Of a DNA stretch of 64,000 nucleotides, positions 50,333-62,700 are shown piece after piece. The notes under the pieces were generated by a model. The model was not told the DNA's origin. It searched no databases and saw nothing but the letters and a program-made list of their open reading frames with translations. The number at the start of each line of letters is the position of its first letter. Within the stretch, counting starts at the first letter, position 1. A program made the position numbers and the translations under genes. This stretch comes from Syncephalis fuscata S228 (Eukaryota > Fungi > Zoopagomycota): NCBI GenBank assembly GCA_025786725.1, contig JAHLTZ010000019.1, forward strand, positions 372,001 to 436,000. The letters run 5' to 3'.

Positions 50333-51585
50333 ATGTCGGCTTTATCCAATGGTAATAATCTATCGAATAAAGTTACTGTATTTGATAAACAGTCGATAAC
50401 CTGCATTGATAGGACGTTCTCGCGAGTATGACTTGGACGAGCAGGAACTTCATACAGCAGCCGTGACCGAAAGAGATATAGCTCCTATATCGGCGTATAG
50501 CGGTAGTCGACGAGAGTTGATCGACGATGCACCTGTATCGGTTTCTCTAAGTGGTTCGGGAATGTCAACTGTTGAACAGATGACTATTGAGGAACAACGG
50601 TATGTATTCTACCGAGCAGTAATAGTTTATGCTAACGGTATACAATCGATGCCTAGACAGTTACAAGCATTTGTGCAAGAATTAAGTAAACGGCATACAG
50701 TTCATCAGAAACGGATGGCGCAACTTCAAAGTGAAATTGAAACAAAAATGCAGCGATTACACGAACAGCAACGCCGTTTGGTTGAACTGGATAGTGAGGA
50801 GCAAGTAAGTAGGCGATAACGATAAAATAATACTAGTATTGATTTATAAATGAATTATAGGACCTACAAGAAGCATTACAGTTTGCTGTTGAGCGTGGTG
50901 TAAGCGATCAACTGGATCAGCTACGAAGTACGCGAATGAATACCGAAAATGCCCAAGATCGACTACAATTTGCCAGTATGAAGTTAAACGAACGAACCGA
51001 CTTTCTTGGTCAGAGTCAAACTAAAGTAAGTTGGCATATAATAACTGATATGGTTTATAGACACTAATAACGACATCGTTATAATAGGTCGATCAATTTC
51101 GGCGTCAATTAGATGTATTGCGAGAAAATAAGCAATATAGAAGTATGATTATACGACAAGCATTGTTGGCTGGTAAATAGGCAGTTTAACTATGCAATAA
51201 TATAAAACTAACAACTGATATTATAGGACTTTTATGTATACTTACTGGTGTGGTAGCATGGCTAGTTGGACATATGTGGATGTCATATTCATTGGTACCA
51301 AAAACGCCATCAGTATTGGATAGTACACTATTGTCCAATGATATAGATAAAATCACTACATTGAATAGGGATAAAGTTAGTGATGAAAAAACGAATATAA
51401 TCAATACAGCCGGTAATCATGATAAATCCAATGAACAGGATAGCACCAAGTCTATTAAGACAGAAACTAAACCTCTAATATTAATAGATCGCTTAATCCC
51501 TAAACCACGCTACAACGTGGCAACAACACCTGCAACAACATCTTTATTAAATACACTAAACGCATCGTTTTATTGTTTTGTCTAG
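50333..51585 (+). CDS. Hypothetical coiled-coil protein with one transmembrane helix and a Ser/Thr-rich C-terminal part (about 6 exons)
   Basis: GT-AG introns give a continuous frame; long Q/E/R heptads followed by ALLA|GLLCILTGVVAWLVGHMWM. Confidence 0.6.
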
Positions 51586-51869
51586 AAACAATTGTATTAT
51601 CACCTTTACATTGTCATATGACGCTAACAAGTCAAATGGATGATGTAGCCAACTATTATGACGTCAGGAAGCACTAGAATATGTAAACTGATTTATTTCA
51701 ATAAATATTTTTGAATTTAGTAAATACGATTTGAAACATGAAAAAGATAAAAAAAGATAATCGCCGTATTTAGATTGATAAAAGCGACACACGTACTCGT
51801 GTGTTCTCCACCATCTTTTCCTCTGCGTGTTCACCGCCAATATCTGGGCAAGTTCTCTTCCATAACAGA

Positions 51870-53092
51870 ATGCCGTGCAAAACCATACTTGCCTCCAGTG
51901 TGGCTGCCAAGTTCACGTAAGTAGACTGTCGACCCAGTTATATCATTTAATAACCAGGCACTAGTCAGGAACTTAAAGAGCAAATTGCGGCCCAGCCGGA
52001 CACTCGGCCAACACTCGTTGGATTCCTCGCCAATGACGACCCGTTTGCCGCCAAGTACGCCGAGTGGACGGGCAAGACTTGCGAAGAAACGGGCATCAAG
52101 TTTGAGCTTCGTCGCGTAGACCGTGAATTGCTTGAAGAAGCTATCGTTGAGGCTAATAGTGATGTAGCGTCAATGGTATTATTGTATATTACCCGGTGTT
52201 TAATAATCGTCAGGCAAGTAACAGAAGGATTTAAAAAGTAGCCTGTACCAAATAGCTAATTTATGTATATGTGTATATGTTGTATTTATCAATTATATAT
52301 AAATTTTATATTTACTGATTAATAGGATCAATATTTACAGAATGTAGTAAGCCCGGCCAAGGATGTTGAGGGATTGTGCCATTTATACTGCTATAACATG
52401 TATCACAATGTTCGTTTTATGGACGAGGAAAAGCATCGTAAATGTATTATTCCATGTACACCACTGGCCATTGTAAAGGTAATAAGCCATGTGTTATATT
52501 CAAATAATTATACCACTTACATAAACAATACTATGTTTAGGTGCTTGAACATCTTGGTGTCTATAACTCGATTCTACCTTATGGTGATCGACTACATGGA
52601 AAGACAGTGGCCATTGTTAATCGCAGTGAAGTAGTTGGTCGTCCATTAGCCGCTCTTCTTGCTAATGATGGCGCTCGTGTCTACTCTATTGACATCACGG
52701 GTGTTCAAGAGTTTTCACGCGGTCCAGGCATTTCTCTACAACGTCACCGGGTAATGATGGCACTATTAATGAACTATATAATAAATACTAATATTTGACC
52801 ACTTTATTCGCTAATAGGTCGTTGATATACGGAAACAGCCGATGAAGTGTTGCCACGATGTGATGTTGTCATCACCGGTGTTCCTGTTGAATCCTACAAA
52901 GTAGACACTAGCATATTGAAGGATGGTGTCGTGGCAGTCAATTTCTCAAGCTACCGCAACTTTTCTGACGACATCAAGCAAAAGGCCTCGCTTTATGTTC
53001 CATCAGTTGGTAAGGTGACTGTTGGTATGTTACAACGCAATTTATTACGACTTGCTGCCTATCAACGCTCACAGAACACTGCTACACAGTAG
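51870..53092 (+). CDS. MTD1: NAD-dependent methylenetetrahydrofolate dehydrogenase; GC-AG intron 52214-52325; apparent 1-nt deletions near 52168 and 52828
   Basis: PTLVGFLANDDPFAAKYAEWT, VNGIIVYYPVF, DQYLQ..KDVEGL, IIPCTPLAIVK, YNSILPYGDRLHGK..VNRSEVVGRPLAALLANDGA, YVPSVGKVT..LQRNLLRL. Confidence 0.95.
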
Positions 53093-53208
53093 AATGTGAT
53101 CGCTTATCATCGATTGAAATAAAGTAAATGTTTATGAATGACATCGATTTATTATAAAAATCAATGACACTATTTATTTGTTAAAGATAGTCTTTAAGAG
53201 CTGTCCTA

Positions 53209-54258
53209 TTAAATAGGCATTCTTTCATAAGCTAAAGCTTGACGGAACCTGGCCCAGTCGCTGATAGGTGTTTTGGCAGCCTTATGCAACGATGTACGAT
53301 ATCTAGCCCCTGGTCTTAGTAGTCCATCCATTAAACCCAGAAGCGATGCTTCATCATTAGATAATGTCTTTATAAGATTAACAACAGGCGGACAGAAATT
53401 AAGACCAGCTGTTATGGTTTGCTTTAGTGTTTCTTTCGCATAATAATGGGCATCAGCAAAGCCAACTTGATAAACTGATAAAGAGGGATCATAGGGCGGT
53501 AATCCTGAGAAGCACTCATAGATAAGTGCACCCAACATCCAAGCATCGTAGGATCGACCATTAACTTTAGATCTGGTGAGTATTTCGGGCGGCATAGCGT
53601 TATAAAATGTTTTTTTAACTTGTACTTTGGCCGAGTCCAATGGTATAGCCTGCTCTAATCCAACAATGGCTACTGTAGGTTCTTGGCCTGGCACATACTC
53701 ACTAACTAGGATATTACTTGAAATAATAGCTGAATGCATATAATTGATGGAATGTAATGCATCAATGCCCTTCACTACTTCATGAATAACCTTAGAAAGC
53801 CATCGCTTATCGTTATCCTTCACTATTAAAGGAATAGCTGTTTTAAGCGATTGAGTAATAGTAGAACGTAGACTATACAAAGTACAGGAGCCATGTGCTT
53901 TAGTTGAAAATTCACTAATGGATTGAGGGAATAAACGGTTTTCATCGAGCTTTGATAACCGTTTGTATACAATCTCTGCATGAACCAATTTGTAATTTGT
54001 GTAGTCCTTTTGGTTGGCCTTTGTAGCCTTATTACATCGAACATAGAATTGCTCGCCATTGAGTCTAAATATACTGGATTTATCTCCAGCAGGATCAATC
54101 ATCCAATTAGTAGTTTTTAATGCATTGTCTAGTTGAAGTGGATGTGGTCGTGGATCAATATATATAAGTCTTCGGGCCAAAGCCGACGAGTCTAATGCTA
54201 GTAGTAAAAAGCAAGCGACGCCATAAGTCGCATAAATGATAAAAGGTAATGTCCACAT
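53209..54258 (-). CDS. Secreted protein-kinase-like protein, probable pseudokinase (intronless)
   Basis: Hydrophobic N-terminal signal. Kinase C-lobe remnants: GIDALHSINYMHSAIISSNILV (HRD becomes HSA), AIVGLEQA (DFG lost), MPPE, YDAWMLGALIYE..GLPPY. Confidence 0.8.
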   Translation of the reverse strand: MWTLPFIIYATYGVACFLLLALDSSALARRLIYIDPRPHPLQLDNALKTTNWMIDPAGDKSSIFRLNGEQFYVRCNKATKANQKDYTNYKLVHAEIVYKRLSKLDENRLFPQSISEFSTKAHGSCTLYSLRSTITQSLKTAIPLIVKDNDKRWLSKVIHEVVKGIDALHSINYMHSAIISSNILVSEYVPGQEPTVAIVGLEQAIPLDSAKVQVKKTFYNAMPPEILTRSKVNGRSYDAWMLGALIYECFSGLPPYDPSLSVYQVGFADAHYYAKETLKQTITAGLNFCPPVVNLIKTLSNDEASLLGLMDGLLRPGARYRTSLHKAAKTPISDWARFRQALAYERMPI

Positions 54259-54590
54259 TAAATAGTTTATAAGAGGTGGTAGTAAAGGTAAGAATGGTAC
54301 GAGTAGTGGTTGTGGTAGTAGTGAATGAGTGCGATCGTGATAAACAATATAAAATGTTGTTGTAAATGTGGGTCACTAGCCACTTATCATTCTTATAAAT
54401 AGAAACTATTTGCAATTCGGAATTGTACCACGTTGAAAGCTACATTTCGTAATTTTCGTTTTATTTTGACAATAGCTATAAGAACATGTACTATTTAAGC
54501 ATTGCTACCACGGGATAATATCTAAATAGTGCTCTTTTCTCATGCATGATGTTTGCCTTCTGTAATTGTGACAGTCATGTTACTTTTCCA

Positions 54591-56487
54591 CTATAACTGG
54601 CTATCCATTAATGGCAATGGTTCTGATTCTGGCTGTACTGGTATGTAAAATGTTGTCTCTTCATCAGAACAACTATCACTAACCATCCCGTCCGAATCGT
54701 CATAAGGATTCGGATCATTGATGGTAGTCACATCTATTTCCTGCAATTGTTGGGTGCCAGCGTGTGTTCTATTATCTGCTGTACTGGTCATTATAGACGA
54801 GTTTGTACTGTTAAATGATGCGGATGCCTCGATTGAGTCCACCATCGGCTTATCGATCATGATTGTTAGTGTGGGTCTACAAAATAGATTAATCTTTGGA
54901 TGCCATACTTACCAAATCGAATTCATCTTCTCGTTCTACATAATAAATGTTTTCTTCGAGTTGAGAGAAATCAGGAGCATAGGCACTCCAATGCTCTTCG
55001 CGATGTACTGACCACAAGTATACACGACCAGCAGCTGACACAGTTGCCATAACCGGCAGAAATGGATGCCACTAATTATATATGAGTTATGATATAAGCT
55101 GACCAGTTGTATACATACACAAAGATCTTCAATAGTTTCTTTTGGACCTTCGACCATTTTAACTAAACTGCCTCGATGTAAATCCCAAATATAAGCATTG
55201 TGTTCTGCCTTATGGGCCGATCCTATAATTTATTAATATTATTTAATTATTTATATATATATATATCTTGATACTTACCACCAATTACATATTCTTCATC
55301 TGAACTAAATGTGCATTGATTCCATTGATGTCGATCAATAACATCTTGAAATTTATGTCGTTGCGTAAGATTAAAGGTTGTTTTTGAATTATCATTTGAT
55401 GGTAAAGTAATATTAACATCAAATACGCGAATTGTCCTATCCAATGAATTGACGGCCAAATAACTAATTGTATAAATGCTGCATTAATTCATTGTAATAA
55501 TATTAACGATAAACTATTTACCTATTTCTTTTACTTAAATGCAATTGACGAATGCAGCTACTTGATATTTGCATTGTATGAATAATCTAATCGTTGTAAT
55601 AGATAGTTAATAATGACTATTATTTAATTTAATTAGTATCATTCACAAACACTTACTTCGCCCGTTTCCGCTTCTAGAATAACTAGTTTGCCTTTATAAG
55701 TGCCCAGATAAAGATAATTGCCACGTCGGTCGAAACATAAAGTTACCACAAAATTTTTTCTATTGTATTTGTATTAGCAGTTAAAAGTATAAGTACCGCC
55801 TAACTTACGCTAAATCATCTTCAGGTCCATCGCCCGCGTATAAAATACTTCGCTGTTTCCGACCATCAGGCAACATACGTATTTGTGTTACTGGTCCCAT
55901 AAATGTACACGCTACAAATAAATCACTACACTTACCAGGTAGAATTAGCATTGATTTAGAAGTATTAATGGTGATAGCTAATATACTATGAATATTTACC
56001 TTTGGCGTGGATGCATGGCCGATGACATAACAATCGATTCAAATCGAGCTGTCATACGTCGATCGCCCGTCTTTAAGTCCCAACAAATACAGTTCCAATC
56101 GGCTGCACTTGTTAGTAAGTAGCGGCCGTTACGCGACCAGCTAGTGAACAAATGAGTACAATCATACTGGTTATTGTTTTAAATGCAGTGAACTTCTTGT
56201 TCTGTACCTCACACAAGTGACCGGTCGAACGTGTCCTTCGAGCATACAAGCTACACCGCGTGTTGCATAGTCCCAGACGTAACAGCGGCCATCGCGACAG
56301 CCTACAGCCAAATAAGAGCCTTGGCGATTCCATCGTGCACACTGCGCTTCTCCCTCCTCAATACACGCATCAAGCAATTCTGGATAGTTTTGCTCAGCGG
56401 GTGCTACGTATACGCAATCATTCATTCATTATCAGCTGTCATTCTATTAATAAACAGGTAAGGCTTACGTAAAAGCTGGAGATTCAT
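54591..56487 (-). CDS. SWD1: COMPASS/Set1C WD40 subunit Swd1/RBBP5, multi-exon
   Basis: MNLQLL..QNYPE, WNRQGSYLAVGCRDGR..LEGHVRPVTCV, SAADWNCICWDL, HKFQDVIDRHQW, YIWDL..LVKMVEGPKE, WSAYAPDFSQLEENIYYVEREDEFD. Confidence 0.94.
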
Positions 56488-56648
56488 AATAAAAGATGCG
56501 GTTAAAGACGCAGCTTTAAATTCAAATAAACGTGTTATTCTTTTCTAAATTTCTTTTTTATAAACTTTATACTTTTTAGTTAAATCGTACTCATCGCACT
56601 ATTCTACCTATTAGCGCGAAGTAACAGCTGTATAATAGTTTATGTCGA

Positions 56649-57750
56649 ATGGAAGGCTCACAAACACACACACCAGTTAGAGTGAGTGCGGCTGAGCGAG
56701 CTGCTTCCCGCCTCACCGAAGAGGTAGCAGTGTGAATGAATAGCAAGTATTGATACTAATAATACTCGTATACCTATAAATATAAATAATTATATTTATG
56801 TTGATAGGAACTTGAACGTAAAGTTAAAGACTTTGTACGGCTAGCTTTGTGTTCAGAAAGACGACGTGTTCCATTAAAACGCGGTGATATCTCGGAAAAA
56901 GGTAATTTATCTGTGTAGTAGTCGGTAACTAATAGTATTTAATAACGATATTATTATAATTATTAAAGTGCTTATGGAACATTCAAGAGCATTTCAATTA
57001 ATTTATGAACGGGCTCAAATTCAGTTACGAGAAGTATTTGGCATGGAACTTATTGAATTGCCTACAAAAGAGAAATCACATAAAATTGGCGTATCTGCAT
57101 CACGTCGAGGTAAGTTTAAATGTTTTTTAGTTAAATAATTTATATTTATTGTTTAATGTATTATAGCGGTTGTTAATCGAGAAAAGACATCAAGTAATAC
57201 ATTTATATTGCGTAGTATTCTACCAAAAGAGTTACGCCGAGAGAATCTCATTGACTGGAGAGAAGATACAGCATTTTACGGGTTTACTCTTACTGTGCTT
57301 AGTCTTATTTATGTTAATGAACGACGCTTAACTGAAGGTAGATACAATATATACAATTGTTAAGCCATATAACCATCTAACTAAATATAATAATAGATCA
57401 GTTACGACCATTATTAAAGCGATTAGGTGTAACAGATCGGACACATCCTCAATTAGAATCGCTAGACGCTGCCCTACTGCGTATGTCTAAAATAAAATAT
57501 CTTGATCGATTAGTTATTGGTCCTGATAGTCAGGCAGAACCTTCAGCCATCGAATATCGATGGGGACCGCGAGCTAAGGTAGAGGTGGCCGAAGAAGAAC
57601 TAATCGACTTTATTACCGAGGTATGTATATTTATGATAACTGCTATCTTAATGAATAGGGTAATTGATATTTAATTAGATATTTGGCGAACAAGCACCAG
57701 CAGGATTGGCCGAATCAGCAAAACGAGCTAGTGGTGCTAATGTTGATTAA
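56649..57750 (+). CDS. NSE3: MAGE-family Smc5/6 complex subunit Nse3, about 6 exons
   Basis: KVKDFVRLALCSERRRVPLKRGDISEK|VL..RAFQLIYERAQIQLREVFGMELIELP, YILRSILP, YGFTLTVLSLIY, EYRWGPRAKVE. Confidence 0.9.
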
Positions 57751-57809
57751 TTAATGGATTAGCACATTGCATCCATTACAGTAATATTATTATAGTAATA
57801 AAATACAAT

Positions 57810-59500
57810 TTATTCATCTGTTGATGTATTTTGGTATCTATTATGATAATGATTAAACAGTTGAATTTCAGATGGAGTGCGAATATAAGCTGTCTCTTCT
57901 TCTTGCGTTAAGTCTTGATCATTTAACTCAGTTGACATCATTGCGTCTATTGATCGATGCTGAATAGTTATGGTTGATGGTCTATTTGCAGATAACTTGC
58001 TTTTGCGTGTATTGATTCGTTTAAACGATGGTGCTGCACGATCAACCATATGTAGATTATTTAATAAAGGTGGTTCATTTACTGGTATAGCATAGGATGA
58101 TGATGATGATAATGATGATGGTAATGAAGCCATATCAATATTAGTATTACGTGATACAGGTGTAGCTAATTGGGCTAATGCACTTGCTGAGGGTTCATCA
58201 GTTGCATCATTAGCTTCTAACCTAGATGAAGTCAATGTTTCTATCGATGTTGTATCTACAAGTTCATGTGTTGCTGTTGCTGCTGCTGTTGTATCTAATT
58301 GTTTATCATCTGCCAACTTGACAATTTCTTGCCATCGTTGGATAAGTGTATTTAAAGATGAATAAAAAACAGATTGTTGCTGTCGTGGTCCTAATTTCTT
58401 AATTTCCACTAGATCTGGTAATAGACAGAGATAGTTTAATAGTACGCGTTTATGTTCTTGTCGGCTACGTTGTACGGTAGAAACTGCCACGCCCATTGCT
58501 TTACTTAATGATGTGACTCGATTGGGTAAATCCTTATCTAAATGATAGCCTAATTGTGCCTCTAAAGCAAATAGAATGGCTACAACAGCCAATGTATCTG
58601 GTCGACGTCCTGTTATAAGGCCAGATCGCGCCATAAACATAAGAAGAATACGGGCATTTTGAGCGAGTAATGGATCAGGTAATGGTAATTGATGTTGTAC
58701 TGCAACATCTCGTAATTGTGACAATTTACTTGGAATAAATAAAGATGGATCAGTAGCATTAACTTTTGTTGTTGTCGTAGATGATGTTATTAATGGAGGA
58801 GATAATACTTGTTGTTGTTGTTGTTGTTGTTGTTGTTCCAATTGTTTAAGATATTGTTCAGTTTGCGCATATGCTTTTCCTAAAGATGTCACACTGCTAT
58901 TTACAAGTACCTAATTAATTTATATTATTATAAATCAATTAATAAAGCAATATCATTTAATATTTATATTAATATTGTATATATAACTTACTGCTAAATC
59001 AGCTAAACTCATGGATCGACTCGATTCACGTAATACATATAAGATACATGATGCACACATTAAAATACGCGACCTTATACGAAGATCACCATCTAAGCAT
59101 TGCGTAAATAGATACCAAGCACGTTCTTGATTAGCACCTAAATTAACGCTAACACTTAAAGAGCGCATTTGTTTACGCCATTTTTGCTAATAGTATAGCG
59201 CAATAATAAACGATTAGACTATATTACACTATTAAATACTAAAATACTTACTCTTGATCGTCGTTCGCCAGCTATTTGCTGGCCAGTAATACCCGCAACT
59301 TTAGGTCGTTTACTCAGATTCGTAGCAAATACTGTAGCTGGACGATTCAAGTGTACGCCTTCATTAAACGATAGTCGCTCATCGAGTATTGTCCCACTAA
59401 GTATAGTACCACACTTTGTGCATACAATCTCGCCCGATTCTATCGTTTCTTCAGCTTCAATCACGGTTTGACAAACGGTACAGTATTGACTAGATAGCAT
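57810..59500 (-). CDS. TFIIB-related Pol III factor, BRF2-like (Zn ribbon, two cyclin folds, short TBP anchor), 3 exons
   Basis: CTVC..GEIVCTKCG, CASCILYVLR, GLITGRRPDTLAVVAILFA; C-terminal DLTQEEETAYIRTPSEI; about 520 aa. Confidence 0.8.
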
Positions 59501-59759
59501 ACTGCCAAAAAAGAAGTATAAAAGATAACGTCATACTAAAAGAAAGAAAAAGTCATGTGATTTATGTAAATGACTACGTCAGCGGTATTTTTAGAACCTA
59601 TTCTGCCTTCTTTTCCACTTCATTCACCTTCTACCTTCATACGTCTTTATCATTGAATTGTCTACTGTTATTTCAACGTATTTAACAACATAGTTAACTA
59701 CTACATTAGCGACAACTGTTTATATTTCTTAGCCACTTTTGCGGTACATTGATGACAAT

Positions 59760-62700
59760 ATGTTTGAATCCATTGTTGCCAACGTGCTCAACAAGTTTCT
59801 TGGTGATTTTGTCGATAATTTAGAGCACAAGCAGCTCAATATCGGCATCTGGAGTGGTAAGTAAATATAATAAGCAAGTAAATGGCCTTTAATCAATGAA
59901 TGTTAGGTGATGTTACGCTTAACAACCTACGTTTAAAGAAAGAAGCGCTTAATCGCTTCAATCTACCGGTTGATGTTAAAGAAGGTAAGCTTGTGAGACT
60001 ATATCGCCACCAAATGACACTTGCTAATTAAATCAAATAGGCTATCTTGGCAGCTTAGTACTTAAGATTCCCTGGAGCAATTTAAAGGGCCAACCTGTTC
60101 GAGTGATTGTTCAAGATGTCTACTTGTTAGCAGCACCACGTGTATCTACAACGGTACTTAATCGTATATACTATAATATACTTTTAATAATCTATAATTA
60201 GTATGACGAACAAGAGGAAATAGAACGGGAATTTCAACAGAAAATGAGTCGATTGGAAACGGCTGAGATGTTACAACCAAAAGCCAGTACACAAAATCAA
60301 GGTAATAATAAGAATAATCAAGTAGATATATTTATTTATACAAGTATTAGAGGATAATATGAAGAGTACTTCATTTACTACACAGTTAGTAACAAAGATT
60401 GTTGACAATTTACAAGTATCTATTAGCAATATTCATATTCGATATGAAGATGCTGTCAGTCATCCAGGACATCGATTTGCATTAGGCATTACATTGCATA
60501 AACTATCTGCTCAGTCCACAGATGGTCAATGGAATGAGATATTTATTGAAAATGCCTCAGATACTATTCATAAACTATGTAAATTGGACTGTCTAGCTGT
60601 GTATTTCAATACAGAAACAGTCTCGTTGGAAGCACAACAGAAACCAATTGAGAAGTTTACATCATTGGTAATTGTTATATAAACAGACGATATGGTAATT
60701 CATTACTTATCATAATTACTATAGATTGCTACAGATCAAAATGCCCAACTTAGTCACCAGTATATTCTAAAGCCTGTTTCAGGTGTAGGCCGAGTAAGTT
60801 ATAATAGATCAGTAGTTTCAGTGACTAGTTAACACTTTGTATAGATTAAGCTGAATAAGAACTTTTCATTGGAAAAGCCCAAAACAAATGCTACTTTGTT
60901 ATTCGATGAATTAGCATTTGTATTGGATGATGAACAGTATCGTGATGCATTACTGTGTCTTAATTTTTATCACTTTTCAATTAGACAACAGCAAGTAAGT
61001 AATATGAAGATATATATATAGAAAGTAATCATTAATAAAACATTAATTATATAACATCAAATAGTATCGTAAATATCGACCACCTAGTTATATGACAGCA
61101 AAGACCAATCCACGTGAATGGTTTAAATTTGCCGGTAACTGTATATTAAATGAGATTCATGAAAGACGTCGTAAATGGACCTGGGAACACTTTGCCCGTC
61201 GTCGAGATGAACGTAAAGCCTATATTCGTTTATTTATGAACTCACAACTTGAAACACAAGTACCGGTAATAGTTATTATTTAATATATACATATATAATT
61301 ATATAATTATATAAACTAATTATCAATCGTTATTAGGGATCCCATAATGCAGTTGAATTGGCCAAATTGGAACGAGAATTATCATATGAAGATATTCGAT
61401 TCTATCGTTCTATTGCCCGTGCTAAATTGCGTAAAGAAAAGGCTTATCAAGGTAAATGTGACAAACTATTTTGTAAATGAGCCATTGTATTAACACATAG
61501 TACATTAATTAGAGCAAGTAAAGAAGCAACAACAGCAACAACAGCAACAACAAAAAGGTGGCTGGCTTGACTGGTGGTATGGCTCTAGCGGCAATCAATC
61601 AGCCCAGAAACCAGCCGATCCAGTACTTTCTGAACAAGAAATCAAAGCACTTTATGACACTATTGACTTTGATGAACAAGCAAATTTATTTGATGTCCCT
61701 AAAGAAGTAAGTATTTATAGTATATATATATTAGTAGTATCATATTCACCATTCTATTTATACCATTATAGTGTATACTGATGGCATTAAAGACGGTATT
61801 GCAACGTGGATCGCTTACTCTACGCTATTCGCCACGTTCAGGCGATAAAGAATTAGTATCTGTCGTATTTGATACATTCACCGCCTCATTGTCCAAAGAC
61901 CCGAGAATCTCACTGCTAGCATGGAGCTTAACGACTTTCAAATTCGCGATAGTACAACACCCGATACGCTCTATCCATTGCTGGCCAAAGTACAAGAAGT
62001 AGCCAAAAAGGCCGCCGCATTAGAGGGATCTGTTCAATCAGCGGCCATTACCGAGATTACTGAAGAGGATCAATCATCGCTAAATGAGATTATGTCGGTA
62101 TCACGTAAAATCGAGCCATTCTTGTATGTTCAATTCGAGCACAAACCATTGGATGAACGAGCAGACAACGCCATTTTATTGAAGATGCGTAATATTGAGT
62201 TCATCTACAGTAGAGTGGCCTTTAGTACACTTGAAGCCTTCTTTAAACCACCCACCACTGCTCTAGAGTCGATTAATGCATTGATTGTAAGTGGTTATTT
62301 AATAGAAATACTCTATAGTAACTTTATGCAACAACAATAGGAAGCGGCCGGTGATACGTTTGAAGAGTTTAAAGAGAAAACACTTGCTGGATTTGAGCAT
62401 GCACTCGATGAACATAAAACAATGGATGTTCGTGTAGATATTGATGCCCCTATCTTCATTTTACCTGAAAGGTAGATAACAACTGTTATACGTATTGTCA
62501 ATACTAATGATTGATATGATATAGTTGCACAGATCCTAATTCTAATGTTGTGGTCATTGACTCTGGTCGAATTAAAGTGGCCAGTGATTTGGCCAGTAAA
62601 CAACGCAAAGAAGAAGTACAAGCAATGCGTGGCCGTCAAGTGACGCCAGAAGAGTTTCAAAAACTTGAACTACTTATGTATGATCGATTTAATGTTGACT

